IMG/VR virus record: IMGVR_UViG_3300023179_000152
Span: 1-51,816 of that record
Reading direction: 5' to 3' (one strand)
DNA length: 51,816 nucleotides
Origin: a virus
Taxonomy: Duplodnaviria > Caudoviricetes
Shown: one piece after another, positions 1 through 6,728 of the stretch
Position numbering within the stretch: the first letter of the stretch is position 1
How the letters are laid out: the number at the start of each line of letters is the position of its first letter
Notes under the pieces: model-generated
The model's input: the letters and a program-made list of their open reading frames with translations, nothing else
Database searches by the model: none
Told to the model about the DNA's origin: nothing
Made by a program: the position numbers and the translations under genes

Positions 1-2
1 TG

Positions 3-293
3 GCTCAGAAGGCTATCACTAACGAGCAGGGCTTGACCTTGCTCACCAAGTTGGAAGAGAAGGATGTTATCTCTGCCAAGGTGCGTGAAGGCATCGAGGC
101 AGTTTGGCGCAACCCTTCTTACGAGGAGGATACGGATCGGAACCTGTACAATTTGTACAATGCTTCGACTCAGTTCCTGACTCGCAATGTTGCAGACGAG
201 CGCTATGAGTATAGCGAGCGGATCAGCACTGACTTGCTCAAAGTCTTCTCGGGCAAAACCCGTGACGAAGACCTCTTGAAACTGGTCGCTTAA
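3..293 (+). CDS. 5'-truncated phage protein, DUF932/DUF945-like C-terminus
   Basis: Frame is open from base 3. The NLYNLYNASTQFLT motif resembles DUF932 family C-termini. Confidence 0.5.
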   Translation, partial: AQKAITNEQGLTLLTKLEEKDVISAKVREGIEAVWRNPSYEEDTDRNLYNLYNASTQFLTRNVADERYEYSERISTDLLKVFSGKTRDEDLLKLVA

Positions 294-314
294 ACTAAAA
301 CGAAACTTTAACAG

Positions 315-347
315 GATGCGAGGGGTTAATCCTCTCGCATTCTTTTT
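315..347 (+). terminator. Rho-independent terminator
   Basis: ATGCGAGGGG-TTAAT-CCTCTCGCAT stem followed by TCTTTTT. Confidence 0.8.
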
Positions 348-366
348 GCTTTTTTCTTGACATGCA

Positions 367-439
367 TAAGTCGTTGAGTATTAAGGATTTACATCGCGGG
401 GGACTCCGCTTTTGTAACTCGTTATCTATCAAAGGTTTA
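367..439. repeat. 73-bp paired-palindrome element, copy 1
   Basis: TAAGTCGTTGA-GTA-TTAAGGATTTA, 23-bp GC-rich spacer, TAACTCGTTAT-CTA-TCAAAGGTTTA. Confidence 0.85.
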
Positions 440-445
440 CAATCC

Positions 446-473
446 TTGACATTTATATTATTTATGTTATAGT
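446..473 (+). promoter_or_regulatory. sigma70-type early promoter, leaderless
   Basis: TTGACA-N16-TATAGT-N6-ATG(480). Confidence 0.8.
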
Positions 474-479
474 TATCAT

Positions 480-821
480 ATGAAAGCAAAACATAAAGTA
501 TATTATAATTTACATAAACATTGTCTTTCTATTATGCTTCGTGGAAAAGTATTAGAGCATAGTTCAGAATTCTTTTTGCGTGATGTTGAGTTCAGAGTGA
601 GTCAAGCTGGCAGAAACAGAGTATTAAAAGAACAAAGAAAGAATGTTCATGCTTTTGTTTGTGGCACACCAGATGATGGATGGCCTGTGGATCAAACTGA
701 ACGCAGAGTTACCTATAATCCTTATAAGTATAATAGCTTTGTTTATGCTGATACCCTAGAGCCTGTATATAAAGCAAAGTGGGTTGGTGTGATTAATCGT
801 GATATTTTTGTCTTGAATTAA
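480..821 (+). CDS. conserved phage hypothetical protein
   Basis: 113 aa with VYYNLHK...GRNRVLKEQRKNVHAFV...YNPYK motifs; promoter-linked ATG. Confidence 0.8.
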   Translation: MKAKHKVYYNLHKHCLSIMLRGKVLEHSSEFFLRDVEFRVSQAGRNRVLKEQRKNVHAFVCGTPDDGWPVDQTERRVTYNPYKYNSFVYADTLEPVYKAKWVGVINRDIFVLN

Positions 822-840
822 ATTAAAATCCTAGTATAAT
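813..840 (+). promoter_or_regulatory. sigma70-type early promoter, leaderless
   Basis: TTGAAT-N16-TATAAT-N6-ATG(847). Confidence 0.7.
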
Positions 841-846
841 TATAAA

Positions 847-1002
847 ATGGAAATTACCAAAGCCAAAAAACTAAAGGAGGGTGGTTACGCATTATACGGA
901 ATTGACCCTAAAACTAAAAGTGAAATTCAAGTTGGATATATTGGAGAAAATCTAACTTTGGAAGCGTGGCTTCCTAAAGGAGTTAAAGTTGAAAATTCTT
1001 GA
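847..1002 (+). CDS. hypothetical protein, 51 aa (not in ORF track)
   Basis: MEITKAKKLKEGGYALYGIDPK...; ATG 6 nt after the -10 box; overlaps the next start. Confidence 0.7.
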   Translation: MEITKAKKLKEGGYALYGIDPKTKSEIQVGYIGENLTLEAWLPKGVKVENS

Positions 1003-1402
1003 AGATTCTTTTACCAGCAGAGGCTTTAAGTTCTCGCTAGTTAAGCGTGAAGGCGATGTTGCAATTTATAAAAAGCAACTTGATGAACCAGATAGCGAAG
1101 CTCATAACTATGAAGTGATAGCTATTAAGCGTCACAATGGATATGAAATTGCAGGTGTAAAGATGCCTCCTGCTGAAATGTATCCATCCGATAGTCAATG
1201 GGGTGATTGGGGTTATACTTGTGTTGATCGTGAAGATGCAGACAAGCGATTCATTCAACTCCAAGAAAAACTTACCGCTTATGTTGCCACAGCAACTTTG
1301 CCTAATGGTGAAAAGCGTGGTCGTGGTCGCCCTCGGAAGAATAATGTTCTTCCAGAACCTCCATCAATTATTAATTTGACAGAAGAACAAATGGCGGTAT
1401 AA
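989..1402 (+). CDS. hypothetical protein with AT-hook-like motif
   Basis: 137 aa, TTG start, KRGRGRPRK near the C-terminus. Confidence 0.75.
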   Translation: MKILEDSFTSRGFKFSLVKREGDVAIYKKQLDEPDSEAHNYEVIAIKRHNGYEIAGVKMPPAEMYPSDSQWGDWGYTCVDREDADKRFIQLQEKLTAYVATATLPNGEKRGRGRPRKNNVLPEPPSIINLTEEQMAV

Positions 1403-1409
1403 TCCAGCT

Positions 1410-1640
1410 ATGACATATAAATGTGCTGTTAGTGGTGAGGCGTTGCCTCCAGAGAGAGTCGAGGCTCTGCAAGTCCTCGGCGTTCCAGAGAGTCAATGGA
1501 CTAAGAAAGAATATAGTCAAGTAAAGAAACTTCGTGCCGTGTATGCTGGTGATGATGGCAGTAATGACATCGTGATCTGTGACAAGGTTGATGGTGGCTC
1601 ACTATTTGACAATGCAATTATTGCAGAGGTAGAACAATGA
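1410..1640 (+). CDS. hypothetical protein, degenerate DksA/TraR zinc-finger-like N-terminus
   Basis: CAVSGEALPPERVEAL resembles CxxCGExIPxxRLxA but lacks most of the Cys residues. Confidence 0.55.
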   Translation: MTYKCAVSGEALPPERVEALQVLGVPESQWTKKEYSQVKKLRAVYAGDDGSNDIVICDKVDGGSLFDNAIIAEVEQ

Positions 1641-1801
1641 ATGTAAGATATATTGTTTTGCGTGATGGAATTCGTGTCAGTGAGGATATGCACACTGATC
1701 TTGCTGAAGCAGAGCATGAGGCAGAGCATTGGCGTAAAATTATCCGCACTTGGCCAGATGGAACGAAAGTCGTCATCAAAAAAATTGGCGGAGATCGTTA
1801 A
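1637..1801 (+). CDS. hypothetical protein, 54 aa
   Basis: MNVRYIVLRDGIRVSED...WPDGTKVVIKK; ATGA overlap with the upstream gene. Confidence 0.7.
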   Translation: MNVRYIVLRDGIRVSEDMHTDLAEAEHEAEHWRKIIRTWPDGTKVVIKKIGGDR

Positions 1802-1843
1802 AGGCTTCGGAGGCTGACATTGAGCTACGGCTCTGTGTTAATT

Positions 1844-1934
1844 GCTAGGGTCGTCTAACTGGTTAAGACCCCACACTTATAATGTGGTCGCTCTAGATTT
1901 GGGCAAAATGCAGGTTCGAATCCTGCCCCTAGTA
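1844..1934 (+). tRNA. tRNA with UAU anticodon (nominal Ile) and 22-nt variable arm
   Basis: Acceptor GCTAGGG/CCCTAGT, D stem GTCT/AGAC, anticodon arm CCACA-CTTATAA-TGTGG, T arm GCAGG-TTCGAAT-CCTGC. Confidence 0.85.
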
Positions 1935-1936
1935 TG

Positions 1937-1961
1937 TAACTCATTGTCATTCAACGAATTA
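1937..1961. repeat. solo 25-bp palindromic box
   Basis: TAACTCATTGT-CAT-TCAACGAATTA. Confidence 0.7.
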
Positions 1962-1967
1962 TTTTTA

Positions 1968-1995
1968 TTGACTATTTTTGTAACTCTTGTATATT
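1968..1995 (+). promoter_or_regulatory. sigma70-type early promoter, leaderless
   Basis: TTGACT-N16-TATATT-N6-ATG(2002). Confidence 0.75.
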
Positions 1996-2001
1996 AAACC
2001 T

Positions 2002-2208
2002 ATGACAAACAACCAACCAGTTCCATTCTATGTGATGAATGTGTTCGGTCAAGACCGAGCCGTTATCCTTAACACCTCAATCCGTATGTGCACACCCAAA
2101 GAGACTTGCTCTCTCAAAGAATTGGAGAACATCGCCAAGGCTTTTGCAATAGAGTTTGTGCAAGTTCCAAAGCCTTCCAGTTTTCCAGCAAAGGTAGTAG
2201 CTTCTTGA
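2002..2208 (+). CDS. hypothetical protein
   Basis: Start moved to ATG 2002 on promoter geometry. Confidence 0.65.
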   Translation: MTNNQPVPFYVMNVFGQDRAVILNTSIRMCTPKETCSLKELENIAKAFAIEFVQVPKPSSFPAKVVAS

Positions 2209-2213
2209 AAGAT

Positions 2214-2289
2214 GGGCTTGTAGCTCAATGGTCAGAGCAGAGCACTCATAATGCTTTGGTTGTAGGTTCGAGTCCTACCGAGCCCACCA
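2214..2289 (+). tRNA. tRNA-CAU, likely Ile2 (lysidine type); elongator Met is possible
   Basis: GGGCTTG/CGAGCCC acceptor, GAGCA-CTCATAA-TGCTT anticodon arm, encoded CCA. The acceptor resembles Ile tRNAs. Confidence 0.85.
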
Positions 2290-2361
2290 CTTTACATTGG
2301 ATGTTGAACGCATACAGTAAACACACAGAATTAACCCAAGAAGATATTATAAGATATTTTC

Positions 2362-2389
2362 TTGACAAAAAACAAGAATAGGATAAACT
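2362..2389 (+). promoter_or_regulatory. sigma70-type early promoter
   Basis: TTGACA-N16-TAAACT-N7-ATG(2397). Confidence 0.75.
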
Positions 2390-2396
2390 ATAAACT

Positions 2397-2783
2397 ATGA
2401 AATTAATTAAACAAAACCTCGGAGCCCATTGGGTTATCGGGATTAAAGGTAACAAAGATGAGATTGAGCAGTTCCACAATCGAGTCTATAACTGGGGTGG
2501 AACAAATGGTGAGCTTCAATGGATGAGTGAATCCTTTGCATATTTTTGGATTACTCTTGAAAAGTTGGAGCGTGTGATGTTTAAGTATGTTATGAATAGT
2601 TTGAGCGATAAACTTGGTAAAAAGTTCCGTGGTGCGAAAGGTGGACTGAAAGCAGTTGTTATGAATCGTGTGATGAATACAATTAACAACATTCCTTCGG
2701 AGCATTTTGTTAAGACCGCACAAGTTCAAGACTTCTATTCTATCGGTCAAGTTTCGGCTGAAAAGTTAGATAACGATAGTTAA
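2397..2783 (+). CDS. hypothetical protein, paralog of 10978-11397
   Basis: 128 aa; shared YNWxGTNGxL motif. Confidence 0.8.
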   Translation: MKLIKQNLGAHWVIGIKGNKDEIEQFHNRVYNWGGTNGELQWMSESFAYFWITLEKLERVMFKYVMNSLSDKLGKKFRGAKGGLKAVVMNRVMNTINNIPSEHFVKTAQVQDFYSIGQVSAEKLDNDS

Positions 2784-2789
2784 TTTATT

Positions 2790-2874
2790 GGGCAAGTGGC
2801 GAAACTGGAGAAACGCATCTGACTTAAGATCAGATACATTAGAAACGCTGTGGGTTCGAATCCCACCTTGCCCA
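2790..2874 (+). tRNA. tRNA-Leu(UAA)
   Basis: GGGCAAG/CTTGCCC acceptor, TCTGA-CTTAAGA-TCAGA, extended variable region, GTGGG-TTCGAAT-CCCAC. Confidence 0.9.
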
Positions 2875-2935
2875 AGATTGTAAGTTGCTAGACATTTTTA
2901 TTAGATCAAACTGCCATTTAGGTGTAATATTATAT

Positions 2936-3361
2936 ATGAGAAAGTACAGAGAGTATTCAGATCAAGATGTAATTAAATACTCTAAAGAAGTAAATAGTAT
3001 TGCCCAATTATTAGGTAAATTAAATTTAAAACAAGCAGGTGGTAATTTTGCCAATATGAAAAGATTACTTCAAAAATTAAATATTAAAACTGATCATTGG
3101 AAAAGTCAGGCTTGGAATAAAGGGCAACAATTAAAAGATTGGTCAAAATATTCCAATATGAAACATTTTCGCAAACATTTGCTTAAAAAGCGGAATTTTA
3201 AATGTGAATCTTGCAATAGAAAAACTTGGAATAAAAAACAAATACCCTTAGAAATTCATCACATAGATGGAGATAGAACTAATAATAAGCTTGATAATCT
3301 TAAAGTTTTATGTTGTAATTGTCATGCTACAACTGAAACTTGGCGTAAACCAAAGTTTTAA
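2936..3361 (+). CDS. HNH endonuclease
   Basis: CESC...LEIHHIDGDRTNNKLDNLKVLCCNCH; ATG 2936 follows GTGTAA. Confidence 0.9.
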   Translation: MRKYREYSDQDVIKYSKEVNSIAQLLGKLNLKQAGGNFANMKRLLQKLNIKTDHWKSQAWNKGQQLKDWSKYSNMKHFRKHLLKKRNFKCESCNRKTWNKKQIPLEIHHIDGDRTNNKLDNLKVLCCNCHATTETWRKPKF

Positions 3362-3365
3362 TGTC

Positions 3366-3439
3366 GCTCCTATAACTCAACTGGATCGAGTAACAGATTT
3401 CTAATCTGTAGGTTGCAGGTTCGAGCCCTGCTAGGAGCG
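3366..3439 (+). tRNA. tRNA-Arg(UCU)
   Basis: GCTCCTA/TAGGAGC acceptor, ACAGA-TTTCTAA-TCTGT, GCAGG-TTCGAGC-CCTGC. Confidence 0.9.
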
Positions 3440-3671
3440 AAATATTTTCTCTAAATAAAAAATAGAATGTATTTTATTTATGTGAGAAGTTTCCTTGATA
3501 AAAACGCGCCACTAATTATTCTTTGCTCAATAAGTTTTACTATTTTTTGGGGCGGGTTAGAAGAGCTAATCAAAATACTAATTACACATCTAAAATAATT
3601 TTTTCCAAATATCTAACAAGATATAATAAATAGTTGAAATATTTCCCAAATAATTGTAATATATAGTAGAT

Positions 3672-3833
3672 ATGAAAAGCGAAAATAGATTAAGTAAAAT
3701 ACTTGAGAAAAGGATTCTTAAAGATGAAGATCCTAAACTCATATCTGACATAGATAAGTTCTTAAATAATTTAGAAACTGTTTTCGTAAAGTGGGCAAAA
3801 GCGCATCCAAATTGGAAAGAACACGAAGAATAA
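3672..3833 (+). CDS. hypothetical protein, 53 aa
   Basis: MKSENRLSKILEKRILKDEDP...; TTGTAAT upstream. Confidence 0.55.
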   Translation: MKSENRLSKILEKRILKDEDPKLISDIDKFLNNLETVFVKWAKAHPNWKEHEE

Positions 3834-3845
3834 TTTAATTGTTTG

Positions 3846-3918
3846 TAAGTTGTTGATTATTAAGTAGTTACAGCGGCGGGGAGCTTTCGCGCGTAAGTCG
3901 TTGATGGTCAACGAGATA
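3846..3918. repeat. 73-bp paired-palindrome element, copy 2
   Basis: TAAGTTGTTGA-TTA-TTAAGTAGTTA / N23 / TAAGTCGTTGA-TGG-TCAACGAGATA. Confidence 0.85.
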
Positions 3919-3924
3919 TTTTTC

Positions 3925-3952
3925 TTGCAAAAAAACAAAGCTATGGTATATT
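3925..3952 (+). promoter_or_regulatory. sigma70-type early promoter, leaderless
   Basis: TTGCAA-N16-TATATT-N6-ATG(3959). Confidence 0.75.
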
Positions 3953-3958
3953 TAACCT

Positions 3959-4225
3959 ATGAACAAAATCAAAAACGCAATCATATATGCAACCTCATTC
4001 ATTAAGTATCTGTTCCTTTTCCTCGTAGGGCAAAGGTATCTGATCGAATACAAACCCTACGGCGGTGAGCAGGTCTTTACCTACATCATCGGAAAGCCTT
4101 CGTCTTATACGATTAGCAAGGCTGGCAACAAGCTCTTTACGACTTTTTGCTTTTCTGGTCGTATGGATTCTGGCGTGCGTCAGTTCCGTTATGATCGGAT
4201 TACTGGTGGTCTTTCGCCAGTCTAA
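3959..4225 (+). CDS. hypothetical protein
   Basis: 88 aa, flanked by a promoter and a terminator. Confidence 0.75.
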   Translation: MNKIKNAIIYATSFIKYLFLFLVGQRYLIEYKPYGGEQVFTYIIGKPSSYTISKAGNKLFTTFCFSGRMDSGVRQFRYDRITGGLSPV

Positions 4226-4245
4226 AAGACAGAAAGACATTATAG

Positions 4246-4277
4246 AAAGGGCGAGGAGTAAAATCCTCGCCTTTTTT
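4246..4277 (+). terminator. Rho-independent terminator
   Basis: GGCGAGGA-GTAAAA-TCCTCGCC followed by T6. Confidence 0.85.
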
Positions 4278-4279
4278 AT

Positions 4280-4307
4280 TTGACATTAAAACAATCAAAG
4301 GTATACT
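4280..4307 (+). promoter_or_regulatory. sigma70-type early promoter, leaderless
   Basis: TTGACA-N16-TATACT-N6-ATG(4314). Confidence 0.85.
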
Positions 4308-4313
4308 GACAAT

Positions 4314-4553
4314 ATGAAAGTAACCAAAGTAAAAGAAGAAATTGATATTCAAACCCGAACTTTCCATACATTCAAATATAAAGGAAAAAAACTTAATTAT
4401 ACTTGTACTACTGATAGTACTGGTGCAGTTATTAACGAGGGGATCTATGACCTAAACTGGAAAGAGATACACGATGAAATGCTTTTAGATAAAGTCATTT
4501 GTTCTCTTTGGCCAAAATCAGATAGTTTAGAAAAAGTCTTGCAAGAAAATTAA
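4314..4553 (+). CDS. hypothetical protein
   Basis: 79 aa ORF, promoter-linked. Confidence 0.7.
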   Translation: MKVTKVKEEIDIQTRTFHTFKYKGKKLNYTCTTDSTGAVINEGIYDLNWKEIHDEMLLDKVICSLWPKSDSLEKVLQEN

Positions 4554-4572
4554 ATTCTGTTATTATATTCAT

Positions 4573-4821
4573 ATGAACATTAACGAAGCAAAACAAAGCC
4601 TCTGTGGAGAGGATTTACTGGTAATAGACAAAAATTATACGAAACAAAATATCAAAGATAATTTCAATGATATTGCTTATAAATTGCTTGAGCAAATCGT
4701 AGAGGTTCATACAGATAAACTCGTTAAAAATATTAAAGCTAAAGAGTATAATCAAAAAATGCACTCTTTAATTTCAGAAGCAGAAGTTTTTCTCTTGGCT
4801 CCAGAATTAAATTTAAATTGA
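4573..4821 (+). CDS. hypothetical protein
   Basis: 82 aa; TTGCAA(4539)-N16-TATTAT-N6-ATG. Confidence 0.7.
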   Translation: MNINEAKQSLCGEDLLVIDKNYTKQNIKDNFNDIAYKLLEQIVEVHTDKLVKNIKAKEYNQKMHSLISEAEVFLLAPELNLN

Positions 4822-4845
4822 CAAAAAATTAAACTCTGATACTAT
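4818..4845 (+). promoter_or_regulatory. sigma70-type promoter for the ncRNA and tRNA-Lys
   Basis: TTGACA-N16-TACTAT with no ATG at the expected position. Confidence 0.75.
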
Positions 4846-4850
4846 TTAGA

Positions 4851-4982
4851 TAGTTCTTTTCCGCAAGGTGTGGAGTGACTCTCCCATTAAGAGCCCTTGA
4901 AGCCCCAATGCCCAGAGTCTGAGGCAAGTAGAGGTGGGTATATATTTTCTCTAGTTCTAGAATAGAGAGAGCGGAAAGACTA
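4851..4982 (+). ncRNA. putative structured ncRNA, family unknown
   Basis: Ends pair (TAGTTCTTTTCCGC / GCGGAAAGACTA) and enclose several hairpins; begins at the predicted transcription start. Confidence 0.65.
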
Positions 4983-4990
4983 AAATTTTA

Positions 4991-5062
4991 GGATTGCTAG
5001 CTCAATGGTAGAGCAGTTCCCTTTTAAGGAATAGGTTGTAGGTTCAAGTCCTACGCAATCCA
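4991..5062 (+). tRNA. tRNA-Lys(UUU)
   Basis: GGATTGC/GCAATCC acceptor, GTTCC-CTTTTAA-GGAAT, GTAGG-TTCAAGT-CCTAC. Confidence 0.92.
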
Positions 5063-5063
5063 A

Positions 5064-5243
5064 TTATTTATTTTTGCGCCAGTTAGTTCTATGGTGAAAA
5101 CACCAATCAAGTAAAGCCCATTCAAATCCAACATCCTTGCCAGCTTTTTCACTTTCAAGCCATTTGTGTTTTAATATTTCTTCTCGTTCTCTGAGGAACT
5201 CTTGATACAACTTAGAATTTTCTAATAAACCAGAGACTTTCAT
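5064..5243 (-). CDS. DUF4032-like small protein, 59 aa (not in ORF track)
   Basis: MKVSGLLENSKLYQEFLREREEILKHKWLESEKAGKDVGFEWALLDWCFHHRTNWRKNK; GTGTAA upstream on the minus strand. Confidence 0.8.
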   Translation of the reverse strand: MKVSGLLENSKLYQEFLREREEILKHKWLESEKAGKDVGFEWALLDWCFHHRTNWRKNK

Positions 5244-5328
5244 TAATATAATTCTAAATTAGATTACACTAAATAGCAAATAGTAATTGCTAAATAGCTA
5301 AATACTTAATATAATAATACCATATATT

Positions 5329-5400
5329 GGGGCTATCGTCTAATGGTTAGGACTCCTCGCTTTCAATGAGGGTGTATCGGTTCGAATCCGTTTAGCCCTA
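5329..5400 (+). tRNA. tRNA-Glu(UUC)
   Basis: GGGGCTA/TAGCCCT acceptor, CCTCG-CTTTCAA-TGAGG, TTCGAAT T loop. Confidence 0.88.
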
Positions 5401-5471
5401 AGTCTTTTATTATCAAGCACTTACAGAAGCGGGGGCCCTTCTGTTATAAGTTATTGATTATTAATAACTTA
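5399..5471. repeat. 73-bp paired-palindrome element, copy 3
   Basis: TAAGTCTTTTA-TTA-TCAAGCACTTA / N23 / TAAGTTATTGA-TTA-TTAATAACTTA. Confidence 0.85.
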
Positions 5472-5609
5472 ATCTTGTCCCATATCACGCATATGGTCAG
5501 CATCAAGTTCCGCTTGAGTCTCTAAGGCTCGCTCCATAGCTTGATCATCCAGCATTTTTTTCGCCCACAGGTTTAATGTTTTTTGGTCATCGAATATATC
5601 ATACATCAT
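5469..5609 (-). CDS. hypothetical protein, 46 aa
   Basis: MMYDIFDDQKTLNLWAKK...; GAGGT Shine-Dalgarno; TTGACT-N16-TAATCT promoter at 5633-5660. Confidence 0.65.
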   Translation of the reverse strand: MMYDIFDDQKTLNLWAKKMLDDQAMERALETQAELDADHMRDMGQD

Positions 5610-5666
5610 TTTATTACCTCTTTTCTTTTTATAGATTATCATATTTATCTATATAGTCAACAATTA

Positions 5667-5739
5667 TATTCTATTGATTATTAATGATTTATAAATGGAG
5701 CCTCCCTTGCTTTGTAAGTTGTTGATGGTGAATGAGATT
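5667..5739. repeat. 73-bp paired-palindrome element, copy 4
   Basis: TATTCTATTGA-TTA-TTAATGATTTA / N23 / TAAGTTGTTGA-TGG-TGAATGAGATT. Confidence 0.8.
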
Positions 5740-5779
5740 TATTTGTAGACAAAAAAACAATTTCTGATATATTTAACCT

Positions 5780-6616
5780 ATGAAAGTAAATGAAATTATC
5801 ACAGAAAAGTTCATCGAAGCCCTCAACAAAGGTGTTTGCCCTTGGCAGAAACCTTGGAAAGTTTTTGATCTCTGCAACGGCGTTTCCAAAAAGAACTATC
5901 GTGGAATCAATCAGTTTTTGCTTCGGATGCTTTCTTCTGATGATTTTTTCTTTACCTTTAATCAGATTAAGGAACTTGGTGGAAAGATCAAAGCTGGTGC
6001 AAAGTCTCACATGGTAGTTTATTATAAACTGCTCAAGACAGAGAAAGATAACGAAACCAAAAGTTTTCCTATGATGCGTTATTACAGAGTCTTTGGTTTA
6101 AGCGATATCGAGGGACTAAAGTGGAAACAGCCCGAAGTTAAGAAGTTGGAGTTTTCACCAGTAGAAGAAGCAGAAAAGTTGATTAACAAGTGCATCATTC
6201 AGATCAAACATGGTGGAAGTCGTGCCTGTTATTATCCGCAGGAACATAAGATTGATCTTCCTCCAAAAGAAAACTTCACCAGCGTTGAGGAGTATTATTC
6301 CACGGCATTTCATGAGATCGGTCACGCTATGCACAAGGCTACGAATGATGATGTGAAGAACGGATTTGGAACCCAGAATTATAGCAAAGAAGAATTGACC
6401 GCAGAGATTTTTGCGAGCCTCTGTCTTAACTTTTGCGGAATTGATTCCGAAAAATGTTTCAACAATTCTGCGAGCTATCTTTCGAGCTGGCTCCAAGTAT
6501 TAAAAAAAGATATGAACTTTATTATCTCGGCTTCTAGCAAGGCTCAAAAAAGATTTGACGCTTTCCTCGGTAAAAAAGAAAGTGAACCAGAAGTAGAAGA
6601 AGCTGTAAGTGCTTAA
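5780..6616 (+). CDS. ardC: ArdC-like antirestriction protein (ssDNA-binding domain plus zincin-like domain)
   Basis: PWQKPW, YRGIN, FTFNQ N-terminal motifs; HEIGH and YSKEELTAE C-terminal motifs. Confidence 0.85.
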   Translation: MKVNEIITEKFIEALNKGVCPWQKPWKVFDLCNGVSKKNYRGINQFLLRMLSSDDFFFTFNQIKELGGKIKAGAKSHMVVYYKLLKTEKDNETKSFPMMRYYRVFGLSDIEGLKWKQPEVKKLEFSPVEEAEKLINKCIIQIKHGGSRACYYPQEHKIDLPPKENFTSVEEYYSTAFHEIGHAMHKATNDDVKNGFGTQNYSKEELTAEIFASLCLNFCGIDSEKCFNNSASYLSSWLQVLKKDMNFIISASSKAQKRFDAFLGKKESEPEVEEAVSA

Positions 6617-6678
6617 GCATTAAAGACTTACGTAAGCAGAGTCCCTGCGTTTGTAAGTCATTGATAGTCAACGAGATT
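6606..6678. repeat. 73-bp paired-palindrome element, copy 5
   Basis: TAAGTGCTTAA-GCA-TTAAAGACTTA / N23 / TAAGTCATTGA-TAG-TCAACGAGATT. Confidence 0.85.
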
Positions 6679-6728
6679 TAATTAAAGAAAAAACTTGCAC
6701 GAAAACAAAAAAGTGGTAACCTCTTTTT

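Noticed and set aside
2088-2479. ORFs 2088-2381 (+) and 2246-2479 (-)
   Set aside because: They overlap the tRNA-CAU gene and are shadow ORFs.
3467-3598. Possible 43-aa hydrophobic ORF after tRNA-Arg
   Set aside because: No promoter or RBS support, and an opposite-strand GTGTAA makes the strand ambiguous.
4851-4982. SAM-I riboswitch (GGAG...TGAAG resemblance)
   Set aside because: It lacks the AUC/GAU P1 core and GCAACC, and the downstream feature is a tRNA rather than a metabolic gene.
5076-5135. tRNA-like fragment (TGGT...TTCAAATCC)
   Set aside because: Stems do not pair. The sequence is explained by the antisense DUF4032-like CDS.
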